NCBI GenBank assembly: GCA_965112735.1
Contig: OZ218954.1
Location: forward strand, 3,658,001 to 3,722,000
Direction of reading: 5' to 3'
Origin: Phaeosaccion multiseriatum
Lineage: Eukaryota > Protista > Ochrophyta, other classes
DNA length: 64,000 nucleotides
In this document: positions 23,930 to 36,033 of the stretch, one piece after another
Layout of the letters: each line of letters begins with the position of its first letter
Numbering within the stretch: position 1 is the stretch's first letter
Notes under the pieces: generated by a model
Seen by the model: only the letters and a program-made list of their open reading frames with translations
Databases searched by the model: none
Told to the model about the DNA's origin: nothing
Made by a program: the position numbers and the translations under genes

Positions 23930-26587
23930 TTACGTAGGGCAGTCCAGCACGGGCGTGGCCCACCCCCTCTCCCTGAGCTCTCCCATATGCCTCTGATTGG
24001 CTCTCCTGCCCGGGCAGTGCAGCACCAAGGGGAAGGTGTCCGTCACGGTATTGTGCAGCAGCCCACCCACGATGTCCAGGTCACTGGAGGGGGGGAGGGA
24101 GGGAGGGAGGGAGGGCGGGAGGGAGGGAGGGGGGAGGGAGGGAGGGAGGGAGGGAGGGAGGGAGGGAGGGAGGGAGGGAGGGAGGGAGGGAGGGAGGGAG
24201 GGAGGGAGGGAGGGAGGGAGGGAGGGAGGGAGGGAGGGAGGGAGGGAGGGAGGGAGGGAGGGAGGGAGGGAGGGAGGGAGGGAGGGAGGGAGGGAGGGAG
24301 GGAGGGAGGGAGGGAGGGAGGGAGGGAGGGAGGGAGGGAGGGAGGGAGGGAGGGAGGGAGGGAGGGAGGGAGGGAGGGAGGGAGGGAGGGAGGGAGGGAG
24401 GGAGGGAGGGAGGGAGGGAGGGAGGGAGGGAGGGAGGGAGGGAGGGAGGGAGGGAGGGAGGGAGGGAGGGAGGGAGGGAGGGAGGGAGGGAGGGAGGGAG
24501 GGAGGGAGGGAGGGAGAGAGGGAGGGAGGGAGGGAGGGAGGGAGGGAGGGAGGGAGGGAGGGAGGGAGGAGGGAAGGGAGGAGGGAAGGGAGGAGGGAGG
24601 AAGGGAGGGAGGGAGGGAGGGAGGGAAGGAAGGAAGGAAGGAAGGAAGGAAGGAAGGAAGGAAGGAAGGAAGGAAGGAAGGAAGGAAGGAAGGAAGGAAG
24701 GAAGGAGGGAGGGAGGGAGGGAGGGAGGGAGGGAGGGAGGGAGGGAGGGAGGGAGGGAGGGAGGGAGGGAGGGAGGGAGGGAGGGAGGGAGGGAGGGAGG
24801 GAGGGAGGGAGGGAGGGAGGGAGGGAGGGAGGGAGGGAGGGAGGGAGGGAGGGAGGGAGGGAGGGAGGGAGGGAGGGAGGGAGGGAGGGAGGGAGGGAGG
24901 GAGGGAGGGAGGGAGGGAAGGAGGGAGGGAGGGAGGGAGGGAGGGTGTTGATTGGCTTTGGTCCTGTCGGCCTATCAGGACATTGAGAGCGCACTCTCGG
25001 CCTTCTCGCCCTTCCCTTGTGGCAGTGTGAATGCCTCACCCCTCCACCCACTGCATCATTGACTTACCCATGGTAGCGCCTCCCCGCATTGTTGGCGAAG
25101 AGCTGATGGTACGAATCGAGCAGCATGGGCGGCAGCACCGAAGGGGAAGGCGGAGACGAAGGGCTGATGCGTCCGTTCTGCTCCTCGGGCGGGGCTGTCC
25201 TGCCTGCTACCGCTGGACAAGCGCCGTACAGAGAGAGAGAGAGAAAGAGACGAGACACACACAGAGATACGAAGAGACAAGAGAGAGACAGATAGAGAGA
25301 GACAGACAGACAGAGGGAGAGACAGACAGAGAGAGACGAAGAGACAGAGAGACAGAGACAGAGAGACACACAGAGAGAGAAAACGCAAGAGACAACAAAA
25401 AAAAAAAAAAAAAAAAAGACAAAAGACAAAAGAGAGAGTCAGAGAGAGAGAGACAGATCCCGGGTGGGAGGGGCATGCGTTTGTGTGTGCGTGTGTGTGT
25501 GCGTATGTGTGTGTGCGTGTGTGTGCGTGGGGCATGAGACGTAGCAGTTGGTGATGCAGGCGGCAAAGGGTGGAGAGAGCCCCTCCCAAGGTGGAGAGAG
25601 CTCCTAGCGGCTTGGGCACCCCAACCAACCTCTGCCTTCCGTCCACTGCCATCTCCCCTCCATCCGCTGCCGTCTCTCCCCATCCACTCACCTGCCGCCG
25701 CTGTCGCCTCCCTGACCAAGAGTTGATGCAGCAGGCACTGATCGCTCACCCCGCTCCATCCGCTGCCATCCCCGCCGAAGGAGGAGAGTGCCGCCTGGAG
25801 CAGGGCCGTGATCATCCCCGCTTGCCCCATGAAGGAGCCCGAGGAGAGGTAGCGGTAGATGGAGCCGGGTGGGAGCGGGGGGTACGCCTCGGCCAGAGCG
25901 AGCTGGGGGAGGGGGGAGGGGGGGGGGGGGAGATGGGGGGGAGGGCAGAGGGATGGCACGGAGCCATGGAACTGGAACTGCGAACTGCGACTGACTCACT
26001 GACTGACTGACTGACTGACTGACTGACTGACCTGTCCCTCGAAGGGGCAGTACAATGTGTAGTCTGTGGAGAACAATACGGAGTCCGTCCCGCCCCGCAC
26101 CACCTTAGAGAGAGGATGGCAGTGGATGGAGTGAGCGTGATACAAACACATACACGCACACACGCCCTGCTTGCTTACATACCCTTGCATACCTGCATCC
26201 AGCGCTGCTTGAGCTGCTTGCTGCTGCCGCCCATCACCACGTCATATCCGTCCACCACGCACACGAGTTGGTCATCCGAAAGGGTTGCCAGCCACGCCAG
26301 CAGCAGCCGGAGCTTATCCCCGTTCTTCCACGCGTCCCCTTCCCCCCTCCCCTCCCCCCCCTCCCCCCCCAGCACGGTGACTGTGAGCCCCCCGTGGTAG
26401 TCTGCCGAGTGCAGGAGGCGGCGAAGCTCGCAGCGTGAGGGGTCCGAAGCGAATGTCACCACCCTCACCTCCGAGCCTGCGCCCCCCTGGGTACTTCCCC
26501 CCTGGGTACTTCCCCCCTGCGTACTTCCCCCCTGGGTACTTCCCCCTTGGGCACTTCCAGTCTCTTGCCGCCCCTCGTGCTCCTCTG

Positions 26588-26634
<47 letters not shown>

Positions 26635-28540
26635 TGTAGCATGTCCACGAGGTGAAGCTTGCCCACGGCGTCCACCCCGCCCCCCTCCCCCCGGGACAGC
26701 GCCAGGCTCCTCCCAAGAGCCTCCCTGGCCCCCTCCCAGTCCCCAAGCTCCATCCGAGCCCCCCCGAGCGCCCTCCATGCCACCTCGTCCCCTCCCTCGT
26801 CCCCTCCCCCCCCTGCCGCTGCCCTGCTGAGTCTGTCCTCCGCGAGGCTGAAGAGGCCGAGGTCCGTGAAGAGGAGGCCCTGTTCGAGCAGAGCTTCGGA
26901 GGATAAAGGTGCCACAGACAGTGCTCTCTCCGTGGTCAGCAGGGCCTGGCATCGGCAAGGGGCAGGGGGGGAGGGATGGCAGTGGCAAGGGGCAGGGGGG
27001 GAGGGATGGCAGTGGATGGGGGCGGGGAGGGGGGAGGGCAACGGTCAGCAGACACTTTCACTGGCAATACGAAGGAGGGATGGCAGTGGATGGGGAGGGA
27101 TGGCAGCGGATGGGAAGGGCTGGAGTGAGGGCCAAGGGCGCGACTCCCTTTGACCACCGCCCCCCCCACCTCCTCTCCACTGTATCCATCCATATATACT
27201 GTATTTGACACCTCCTCTCCACTGTATCCATCCATATATACTGTATTTGACACCTCCTCTCCACTGTATCCATCCATGTATACTATATTTGACACCTCCT
27301 CTCCACTGTATCCATCCATATATACTGTATTTGACACCTCCTCTCCACTGTATCCATCCATATATACTGTATCCATCCCACCTGCTGGAGCTGTCCCTGC
27401 TGGTGCTGCACCACGGCCAGCGCAGTGAGAAGCGATGAGTCGGAAGGGAAGAGGCGCAGCGCGGCAACGAGGGCCGTAGACGCCTCTGCCTGCATGTCCA
27501 GCGCGAACAGGGTGGGCCCGAGGAGAGAAAGAGCACGGGCTCGCACCGCCCTCTCGGGCCTAGCCTCAGACTCAGCCTCAGACTCAGCCTCAGACTCAGC
27601 CTCAGGCCGCCCCTCCTCCGCTGCTAGGGCCAGCCCTATCAGCGCCTGGGTATCTCCAGCCGAGGGCGGTGCCGCCCCAACAAGCCCAACAAGCCCGAGG
27701 GGGTCCCCCAGGGCCTTGAGCAGCAGCGGCAGGGCTTCCTTCGCGTGCCCCGTTTCAAGGAGATCTCTCGCCACGTCAACACGCGCCCACGCCTCCGCCC
27801 GCACGTTGCAAGAGGAGGCAGAGTCAGGCTCAGAGTCAGGGGCAGAGCCGCCACCGTCTCTACATGAAGCCTCCTCCCCCGTCTCCGCCTCTTTGCACAA
27901 CTCTCCGCTCTGTCGTGTACCACTAACTGCTGCTGCTGCTGGCTCGAAGGCAGCCCCCTGTGCCACGAGCTTGGCGGCGATGGCGACAGCGCACTGCGCA
28001 GGAGGAGCGGAGATACGCAGCTGCTCACAGTTCTGCACAGCCACGCCCCACGCACAGCCAAAGGGGGGCACGGCGATGGATACCGTAGAGCCGTCCACCT
28101 GTCCATCAGGAGGGGGGAGGCAGGGAGGGGAAGTCAAACGGACAATAGCATGTGAATTTCCATTCCCTTCCTTGCAGACATTCATTCGTTCACATCCTCC
28201 AGAGACTGAGAAAGAGCAGAGCAGCAGTGTACAGCTCATCAGAGAAATAATCGAGGAGGGGAGGGCAGCGGCAGCGATATCATCGCTGCAGTCTCGGAGG
28301 CAGCAGAGATATGCCGCGGAAGGGCCACCCGCTCCACCAATACTCTGTCGCCAATGCCGCACATCTGCACGCTTCTGCTGCTGGTGCTGCTGCTACTGCT
28401 ACTGTTTTCTCTCCTCTCCCCTTCATCTCATGGCTCACCTGTATATCTACGGACACTGCGAGCCCGCTTGTCAGACAGAGGATCAAGCCCCAGCAGCCGG
28501 TAAGATGGAATAGGCTCCTCTTTCTCCTCTTCCTTCTCAT
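23930..28540 (-). CDS. Signal peptide + TPR repeats + PLOD-type (procollagen lysyl hydroxylase GT-domain-like) glycosyltransferase; about 7 exons
   Basis: Signal peptide MRRKRRKRSLFHLTGCWGLILCLTSGLA. TPR helices (GHAKEALPLLLKAL, AWRALGGARMELGDWEGAREALGRSL). PLOD-GT motifs: VVTFAS, WKNGDKLRLL, VCVVDGYDVV, VLFSTD, YRYLSSGSFMG, SDQ, LLDSYHQLF, HNTVTDTFPLVLH. Stop TAA at 23930. Confidence 0.8.
24086..24944. repeat. About 860-bp (GGGA)n/(GGAA)n tract forming the 3' part of the last TPR-PLOD intron
   Basis: Direct reading; it abuts the acceptor at 24085-24084 on the minus strand. Confidence 0.95.
27167..27372. repeat. 42-bp intronic minisatellite, about 5 copies
   Basis: Unit cacctcctctccactgtatccatccatatatactgtatttga. 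Confidence 0.9.
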
Positions 28541-29115
28541 CTCGGCTGCTAGTTCTGGCACTGCACAAAAAAGGGACGTGGGAAGGAGTAGAGCACGCTT
28601 CAGCAGCCTACAAGAGGCTCAGCTCGTCATGGCGGGAAATTACTGCGGCTCCACCTCAAGGATTCACCTGTATGGCTGCTTTAAGGCCCTAAGCTTTGTG
28701 TTTGTTTTTTTCGCTGCAGAGACTTGGTTTTGGTTTGTCCAGACGTTGAGCTCACGGGGGAGTTGGTTGTTCGAAATCTCTTGAAATCTGTGAGTATCGC
28801 ACCCGCCAAATACATAATAATCACGTAATCACCCAAAAACCAACAAATTGTATAGTAAAAGCAAAATGCATGTGTACATCGTGAGACCAACGCTCGTGCT
28901 GTTTGCGCTGCTGCTTGTCGCTTGCCATAGGCTGTGTGACAAGACCAATGGCTGGCTTGTGGGCGCTCTGTGGAGAAGGCGAATACCCTCACCACACCAC
29001 ATGCCCGACCGCAGCGTCACCCTCACCCTCGCCCTCCAGCCCCCCCCTCCAGCAAGGTCCTTGGGCAAGGAAGGTCCTTGGCTTGGCTGCCCTCCTCTCC
29101 TCCTTTCCCTCTTGG

Positions 29116-31826
29116 TCAGACAGCGGCCTTGCTCTCTGCCTTGACCTGTGCCTGCTCCTTCTCCTTCTTCTGTCTGATCTCCTTCTGCACAGGGTTCTCT
29201 TTGCTCCAAAATGCCATATAGCACAGCACACTCACCACACCGGCAAGAGCAAGAGGGATGAGGCCCCAGTACCAGCTTTCCCAGTCCGCGTTGTTGCGGA
29301 TCAGAGGGGCGATCACCAAAGAGATCATGCTGTGTGTGCAGAGGGAGGCAAGGGAAACGGTCAGATGGCAGTGGATGGAGGGCTATAGTGTGTGTGACTG
29401 ACCTCATGAGCTTGATGAGGATGTTGAGGGCGGGGCCGGATGTGTCCTTGAAGGGGTCTCCCACCGTATCACCAACCACACAGGCTGAGGAGTGGGGGGC
29501 GAAAGGGGACGAATATTAGAGCGGCGAGGGAGACCAAAGTGAGCAGCAGATGCAAGAGAGAGAAAGGGGAGGAGAAAGAGAGAGAGGGAGAGAGAGGGGG
29601 AGAGGAAGAGAGAGAAAGAGAGATGGACAGAGAGGAGAGAACAGTGCCAAAGCCTGAGAGTGCAATGCATTGGCTTGCAATAAAGACTAAAGACTCTCCA
29701 CCCTGCTCTCTGCCCCTACTCGCTCACCCTTGTGTATGTCGGTGCCCTTTCCTCCATATGCCTTCTCAATCTCGATCATCTTCTTGGAGTTGTCCCACGC
29801 CCCCCCCGCGTTGGACATGAGAATAGCCAGCATGGCCCCGGTGGCGATGCCTCCCCCCAACACACCCGTCAACATGCGGGGACCCACCAGGAAGCCTGGG
29901 GGTGAGGGGAGAAGGAACGGAGCGGAGGAGACAAGGGGAGAGGAGGTGTGCGTCAGTGGCGGGACGAGCGGTCAGGGGCGGTGTAATACAATACAGGGAC
30001 AGACCTGGTGGGGTGTAGAACCAAAATCTCATTTTGACTTCCCAACCGGCACCCACTCCTCACTCTCTACCCCCTTCTCCCTCCCTCACTCACCGATGAA
30101 GACGGGTGCGAGGATGGCGAATGAGCCGGGCAGGATCATCTCCTCGATGGAGGTCTGTGTGGAGATGGCCACACATCGCGTGGTGTCAGGCTCCACCCCC
30201 TCCCTGCCCTCCCTCAGCCCGGTTATGTCGCGAAACTGGCGACGCACTTCCACGATAATTGCACCGGCGGCTGTGAAGTAAGTCAATGAATTGGAGAGAG
30301 AAGAGAGAAGTCAGAGTGAGCTTTCAGGGTGATGTGTGGCAGTGTAGTAAGTCAATGAATCGGAGTGACGTGGTGACGGCAGTCAGTCGCACCTTTCTGC
30401 ACGGAGAGCATGGTGAGGGCGGCGAAGAGCAGAGGGAGCATGGCGCCGAACAGCACGCCTGAGAGAGGAGAGGAGAGGAGAGGGGAGGGGAGGAGGGGGG
30501 AGGAGGGGGGAGGAGGGGGGAGGAGGTCAGACATGTGTCGGGTTTCTCTTCGCTGACGGACAGACAACCACGCGAAGTGGTCGACAGACAGACACTGCCT
30601 TAACTGACCCCCCTCACTCCTCGCGGGGCCCACTCATAGCCAACTACCCTCACTCCTCGCCCACTCACCCGCGAGCACCACGGGCTCAGACACGTTGACA
30701 GCGGTGACGTTGGCGGACTCCGTGAAGGCGGACAGAAGCGAGAGGGACGTCAACACAGCCGAGCCGATGGCGAAGCCCTTACCCGTAGCGGCGGTGGTGT
30801 TGCCGAGGGCGTCGAGGCTGTCGGTGATGGAGCGCACACCTTCGTCTAAATTGGCCATCTCGGCGATTCCTCCAGCGTTGTCGGCCACGGGGCCATAGGC
30901 GTCTTGGAGGGGACGAGAGAGGAGAGACAACGAGCGACGTTAGCGAGACAAGGACCGAGCTGCCTGAGCCCCCTCATCCACTGCCATCCCCCCATCCACT
31001 GCCATCCCCCCATCCACTTCCAACCCCCATCCTACTGACCGGTGGCGAGTCCGATGGCGAGTGTGGAGAGCATTCCGCAGGCCGCGATGGCGATTCCGTA
31101 GTCACCGGCAAGGGCGTCGCACGCGATGATGACCATGACCAGAGAGATGATGATGGGCACGCAGCTAGAGGGGGGGGGGGGGAGGGGGGGGGAGAGTTGG
31201 AGAGGGGCAGGGAGGGGAGAGGGGAGAGGGAGAGACGGGAAGAGAGAGGAAGAGAGGGGCCAGCCAAGATAAGAGATATAGAGAGGAGGAAGGGGGCGGG
31301 AAAAAGCAAGGCTCACCTGATCATGCCGATGCCGAGGCCCTGTGTGGGAGGGGATGGCAGTCGATGGAAGGGGATGGCAGTGGATGTAGTCGTCAGCCGT
31401 AATGTACGCTCAAAGAGCAGAGCTCAAAAGAGCGGACAGGCCTCAACCGATATACCTCTACCGTAAGCAACTGACCTGGATGATAACCGTGGCCGGCCCG
31501 GTGACTCCGGCGGCGGTGATGGAGCGCACAGGGCCGTACTCGTAAGACGTGAAACGCTCCGTCATCTCGCCTAAGGGGGAGGGGGGGGCAAGAGGGAGCA
31601 GGGGAGTAAGAGGAGAGGGGGAGAGGGGACGAGGGGGACACAGGGATAGGGGTGGTGGAGTTCCTGTATCATATCACCAACTCTTATGCTTACCGATGAA
31701 CATTCCGCTGAAGAGTCCGATGACGATGCATCCGTAGATCTTCCACCCCTGGGCGCTGCCCTCAAAGAACACTCCGATGATGAGGGCGGAGAAGGCGAGG
31801 ATCATCAAAGACGCCGTCCACACGCC

Positions 31827-31873
<47 letters not shown>

Positions 31874-34800
31874 TGTGTGTGTGTGTCCGGACAAGGTGTG
31901 TGAGTGAGTGTCAGGACAGTGAGTGAGTGAGTGTCCGGACAAGGTGTGTGAGTGAGTGTCAGGACAGTGAGTGAGTGAGTGTCAGGACAGTGAGTGAGTG
32001 TCAGGACACTCTGGACAAGTACAGTACCTTATGCAGGGCACTCATGAGCTCCTTCTGCGTGGCATTCTCCTTAGTCTTGACCATGAAGAATCCGATCAGA
32101 GACGCCACCACACCCGCACCGGCCACCTTCACAAGTTGGTGCAGAGGAGAGATGGAGGGCGGAAGGGAGGGAGGGTAAGAGGGAGTAAGTGACAGTACCC
32201 TCCCATCCAGTGCCATCCCCTCCCCATCCACTGCCATCTCTCACCCAGAAGGGCACAGCGGCGAGGGTGGCTGCAGAGGCGTCTGAGAGCTTGTCTTGCG
32301 CTGCGAAAGGGGCGAGTGTAACGGCCGCGATGATGGACCCCACGAAGGACTCGAAGAGGTCCGCACCCATGCTAGGGAGAGAGAGAGGGAGACAGAGAGA
32401 GAAAGAGAGAGGGAGGGAGACAGAGAGAGAGAAAGAGAGAGAGTGAGGGAGAGGGGGGGGTGCGGGTGAGGGACTTGGGTTAGATAGTGGTGGGCAAGCT
32501 TCGAGCTTCATTGCTTGAGCAAGCGCTCCACTTGCACTTGCACTCCACTCCCTTGTTTCGTCGCTATTCCCTCCCTCCCTCCCTCCCTCTGTGTCTCTCC
32601 TTCCCTGCACTCACCCAGCGACGTCCCCGACGTTGTCCCCGACGTCTGTGGCACATATCGAAAGAGCCAAAGGGCTAAAGGGTTAGGGTCAGACTCCTGC
32701 ACACTGTACACACACATGCGTTGCCTCCGATGATCCTTTCGCTCGAAAGAGCCTGTCCTAAGGCACGTATCGATCTCTATCCTAAGGCACCTATCGATCT
32801 CTATCCTAAGGCACCTATCGATCTCCATCCTAAGGCACCTATCGACCTCTCTCTCTCAGGTGAACAAGGAAGCGAGGCTTGGTACGAACGGGACGGGCTC
32901 CGCGTACAGACGTTACAGACGTTACAGACGTTACAACACAACTTACTGTCAGCGATGACTGCAGGATTGCGCGGGTCGTCCTCGGGCAAGTCCTCCTCCA
33001 CCTTGCCCACCAGGTCTGCACCCACGTCAGCGGCCTGGCGAGGAGGAGCATGCACACACACACGAGTGCACACACGCACGTACAGGGTGAGAGAGCGCAC
33101 GGCAGCAAGACAAAGGGCACAGAGCAAATCATGATGGAGGGAGGGAGGGACTTGTGCATCGCGCACACACGCACACACTGCTGGCCTGCTCTGCTGCGTG
33201 CTGTGCTGCGTACCTTTGTGTAGATGCCGCCTGCAACCCTCGCGAAGAGGGCGATGGACGACGCGCCGAAGCCGAAGCCCTGAGGTTGGAGGCAAGCAAC
33301 AAGAGGAGGAAGCATTGGGTAACAAGAGGTTAGAGACAAGGCCAGAGGTAGAGGAGAGAGCTGAGGATAGAGAGGAGTGGAGGCAAGTGAGGATAGAGGA
33401 TAGTGGGGCCAGCCCCCTTCCCTGACTTATGGTGCCAGCCCCGTTCCCTGACTTACGGAGATGGATGCGGAAGAGAGTGCGATCTTCTGTGCGTCGTTTC
33501 CGTCCCTGTCCAGCGTCATGATGTAGTAGAAGATGGACAGCTGAGGAGGGGTTGGAGGAGGGGTGGTAGTAGCGTGATTGGGGGGCGTGAGGTAACAGCA
33601 GAGCTCCAGTCATGGGGTTATCGTGATTGGCTGCTCACTCGCTCACTCCCTCCCTCCCTCCTTCCCTCCTTCCCTCCCTCCTTCCCTCCCTCCCTCACTC
33701 CTTCCCTCCCTCCCTCCCTCCCTCCCTCGCTCACTCACCCCAACGAGAGCGAGGCCCACTGCAGTTTCAGAGCGCAGAGCAGAGTATTGCAGTAAGTCAG
33801 TAAGTAAGTAAGTGCATAGCCGGACGGTTGAAGGGAAGGTCGGAGGCACCGGATAGCGGACAGAGGGGAAGAGCAAGAGGCAAAGCACAAAGGGGGCGGG
33901 GGTTTAGACGGAAGCAGACCATCGACCCTAACAAGTAGTGACGTCAGACAAGCTCTAGTGTTGCCGCATGGGAGACACAAAAGTCCCTGGCACTGACCGA
34001 CGGTGAATCCCATGACGGCTCCTCCCGTGAAGGCCACACGCAGGGCGGCGTCCAGGCCCTTGTTCTGCGCAGCGGATGTGGTCCTGTATACAGTGTGTGT
34101 GCAGTGTGTGGACAGCGGGTGGGGGGGGGGGGGCTTCTTCGGTAAGGGATGACATACTCTATACTCTGGGCCTCTGACAGAGAGGGAGGGGAGGATGATG
34201 ACATACTCTGGGCCTCTGACAGAGAGGGAGGGGAGCATGTTCCGGTTGCAAACCTCACCACCGCACTGCCACACACGCACACACCCGCCCACTGCCTTCC
34301 CCTCGTCCCTATCTGACACCAACACCCACACATCACACATGTCCTCACCTGACGTTTGCGTCTGTGGCGACCATCATGCCTGCCCAGCCCGCCGCTGCGC
34401 TGAGGAAGGCGCCTGCCAGGAAGGAGCACGAGATGCGGATGCCGTCCGTGTAGTCCTCTCTGGCGTTGTACACGGTGTAGATGATGAACAGGATGGAGAA
34501 GAAGAACGTCACGAAGCCTGGGTGGGGGCGGAGGTGGGAGGGGGGGGGCGAGGGGGTAAGAGGAGACGCAAGAGGACAAGGGAGAGGACAGCACAGCTCA
34601 TGCCACAGCTCCTCCTCCTCTCTCTGCATGGGTATCAGTGGATGGCAGTGGATGGCAGTGGATACCAGTGGATGGGGAGGAGGTGGAAGTGGATGGTGGT
34701 GGATTTGTGCTCTGTGCATACCTGTGAGGTACTTGTACTCGGTCCTGAGGAAGGCCTTGGCGCCCTCCTTGATCTTGTCGCTGATGGAGTTCATCAGGGG

Positions 34801-35203
34801 CGTGCCTCGCTCGTACGTCTTGAGCTGCTTGGCCAGCCACACGGCCACACCGAGGGCAAGCCCCCCGCCCGCCAGACCAAGGCTCATTGTCTCTGTTGAA
34901 GGGAAGGGGGGGGGGGGGGGCAGCAGTCGATAGATAGCACGGCTACGGCTTCTGACCAGCAGTTTAAGGGTCAGCACACACCAACAACACCAACACACAC
35001 TCTAAGGAGCAACGTACCCGGCAAAGTGACGCCGCAGCTGAGGAGCAAACGAAAGACAGAGGAGCAGGGGCAGCACTCTGTTAGGAGGGCAGGGAGGGCA
35101 AGGCAATGGATTGCATAGCAAGCAGGGACGAAGAGGAAGATGACGAAGGCAAAGGGACTCACGGGAAGTCATCCGAGTCCGCTGAACACCCTAGCCCCCC
35201 CAT
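29116..35203 (-). CDS. Membrane-integral (H+/Na+)-translocating pyrophosphatase, K+-dependent type; multi-exon
   Basis: Motifs GGIYTK|[24 protein letters not shown]|[11 protein letters not shown]|[77 protein letters not shown]. The start at 35203 (MGGLGCSAD) is inferred from frame-consistent micro-exons. Confidence 0.93.
32757..32846. repeat. About 24-bp intronic tandem repeat x4 (cctaaggcacctatcgatctctat)
   Basis: Direct reading. Confidence 0.85.
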
Positions 35204-36033
35204 GGTTCTTGGTAGAACAAGTTGTTGTCCTGAGGAGGGGAATGGGGCAGCAGGCGCCAAGCAGTGGAAGGAGGAGGTGCACGGAGGCTGGCGGTGAGCT
35301 GGGCTGTGCAACGACGAGCCAAGTGTGGTTGAGGTAAGTGATTTAGCGCAACCGATCACATGGGGGTCAAACGGCAAGTCCGAGATCGGTTAGGAGAAGA
35401 AGCAGTAGCAGCAGGACGAGTCACAGCAGCAGCACCAGCAGCAGCACTAGCAGCAGTAGCATCAGCAGCACACGAGGCGCGGGACAGGGCTCAAGCAGCA
35501 GAGAGAAGGAGATTGGGCTGGGTTGAAGTGCAAAGGCTGTTAAGAAGGGGAACAGGAGAAGAAGAAGAATATATAAAAATAGAGATAATAACACTTTCGA
35601 GAGCAACGAGCGCCCCCTCCCTACAGACATACAAAGCCTTACGTTTGCTCCTCGGTAGTAGTTGTTGTTAGTTTTGTTGGCCCTTCAAGAAGGAGGGAGG
35701 AGAGAGCCTGTGAGTCGCGTAGAGAGCTTTGAGCAACCCCCCCTGGGTGTTCAACTCTTACGTAATCCGGCATCTGTGAAACTCTCTTTTCATCTTTCTT
35801 CAAATCTCCTCCCTCTTTCGTCTTTTCTCTCTCTCTGTCTGCCTCTCACGTTGTCTCGTTCTTGTAAAAAAACGATACACGTAGACAGCGTGAGAGAGAG
35901 AGAGGGGGGGGAGAAGAAACAAACGTTTTTGCTCGCAGGAAGAGAGAGAGAGGGGGAGAAGAAAGGAGTGGAAAGGAACTAAACCCCCTCCAACCTTTCC
36001 CTCCTCCCCTTGAGGAGGGACGCAGCTTTGTGC

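Noticed and set aside
23912-25051. Long ORFs of GREG/PSLP repeats
   Set aside because: Stop-free translations of the (GGGA)n intronic tract; only 24083-23930 on the minus strand is a real exon.
27167-27372. Tandem micro-exon array (each unit has cag...GAG|gtg)
   Set aside because: Candidate exons of 10 or 29 nt break the frame, while direct QLQQ|ALLTT splicing gives an intact TPR helix.
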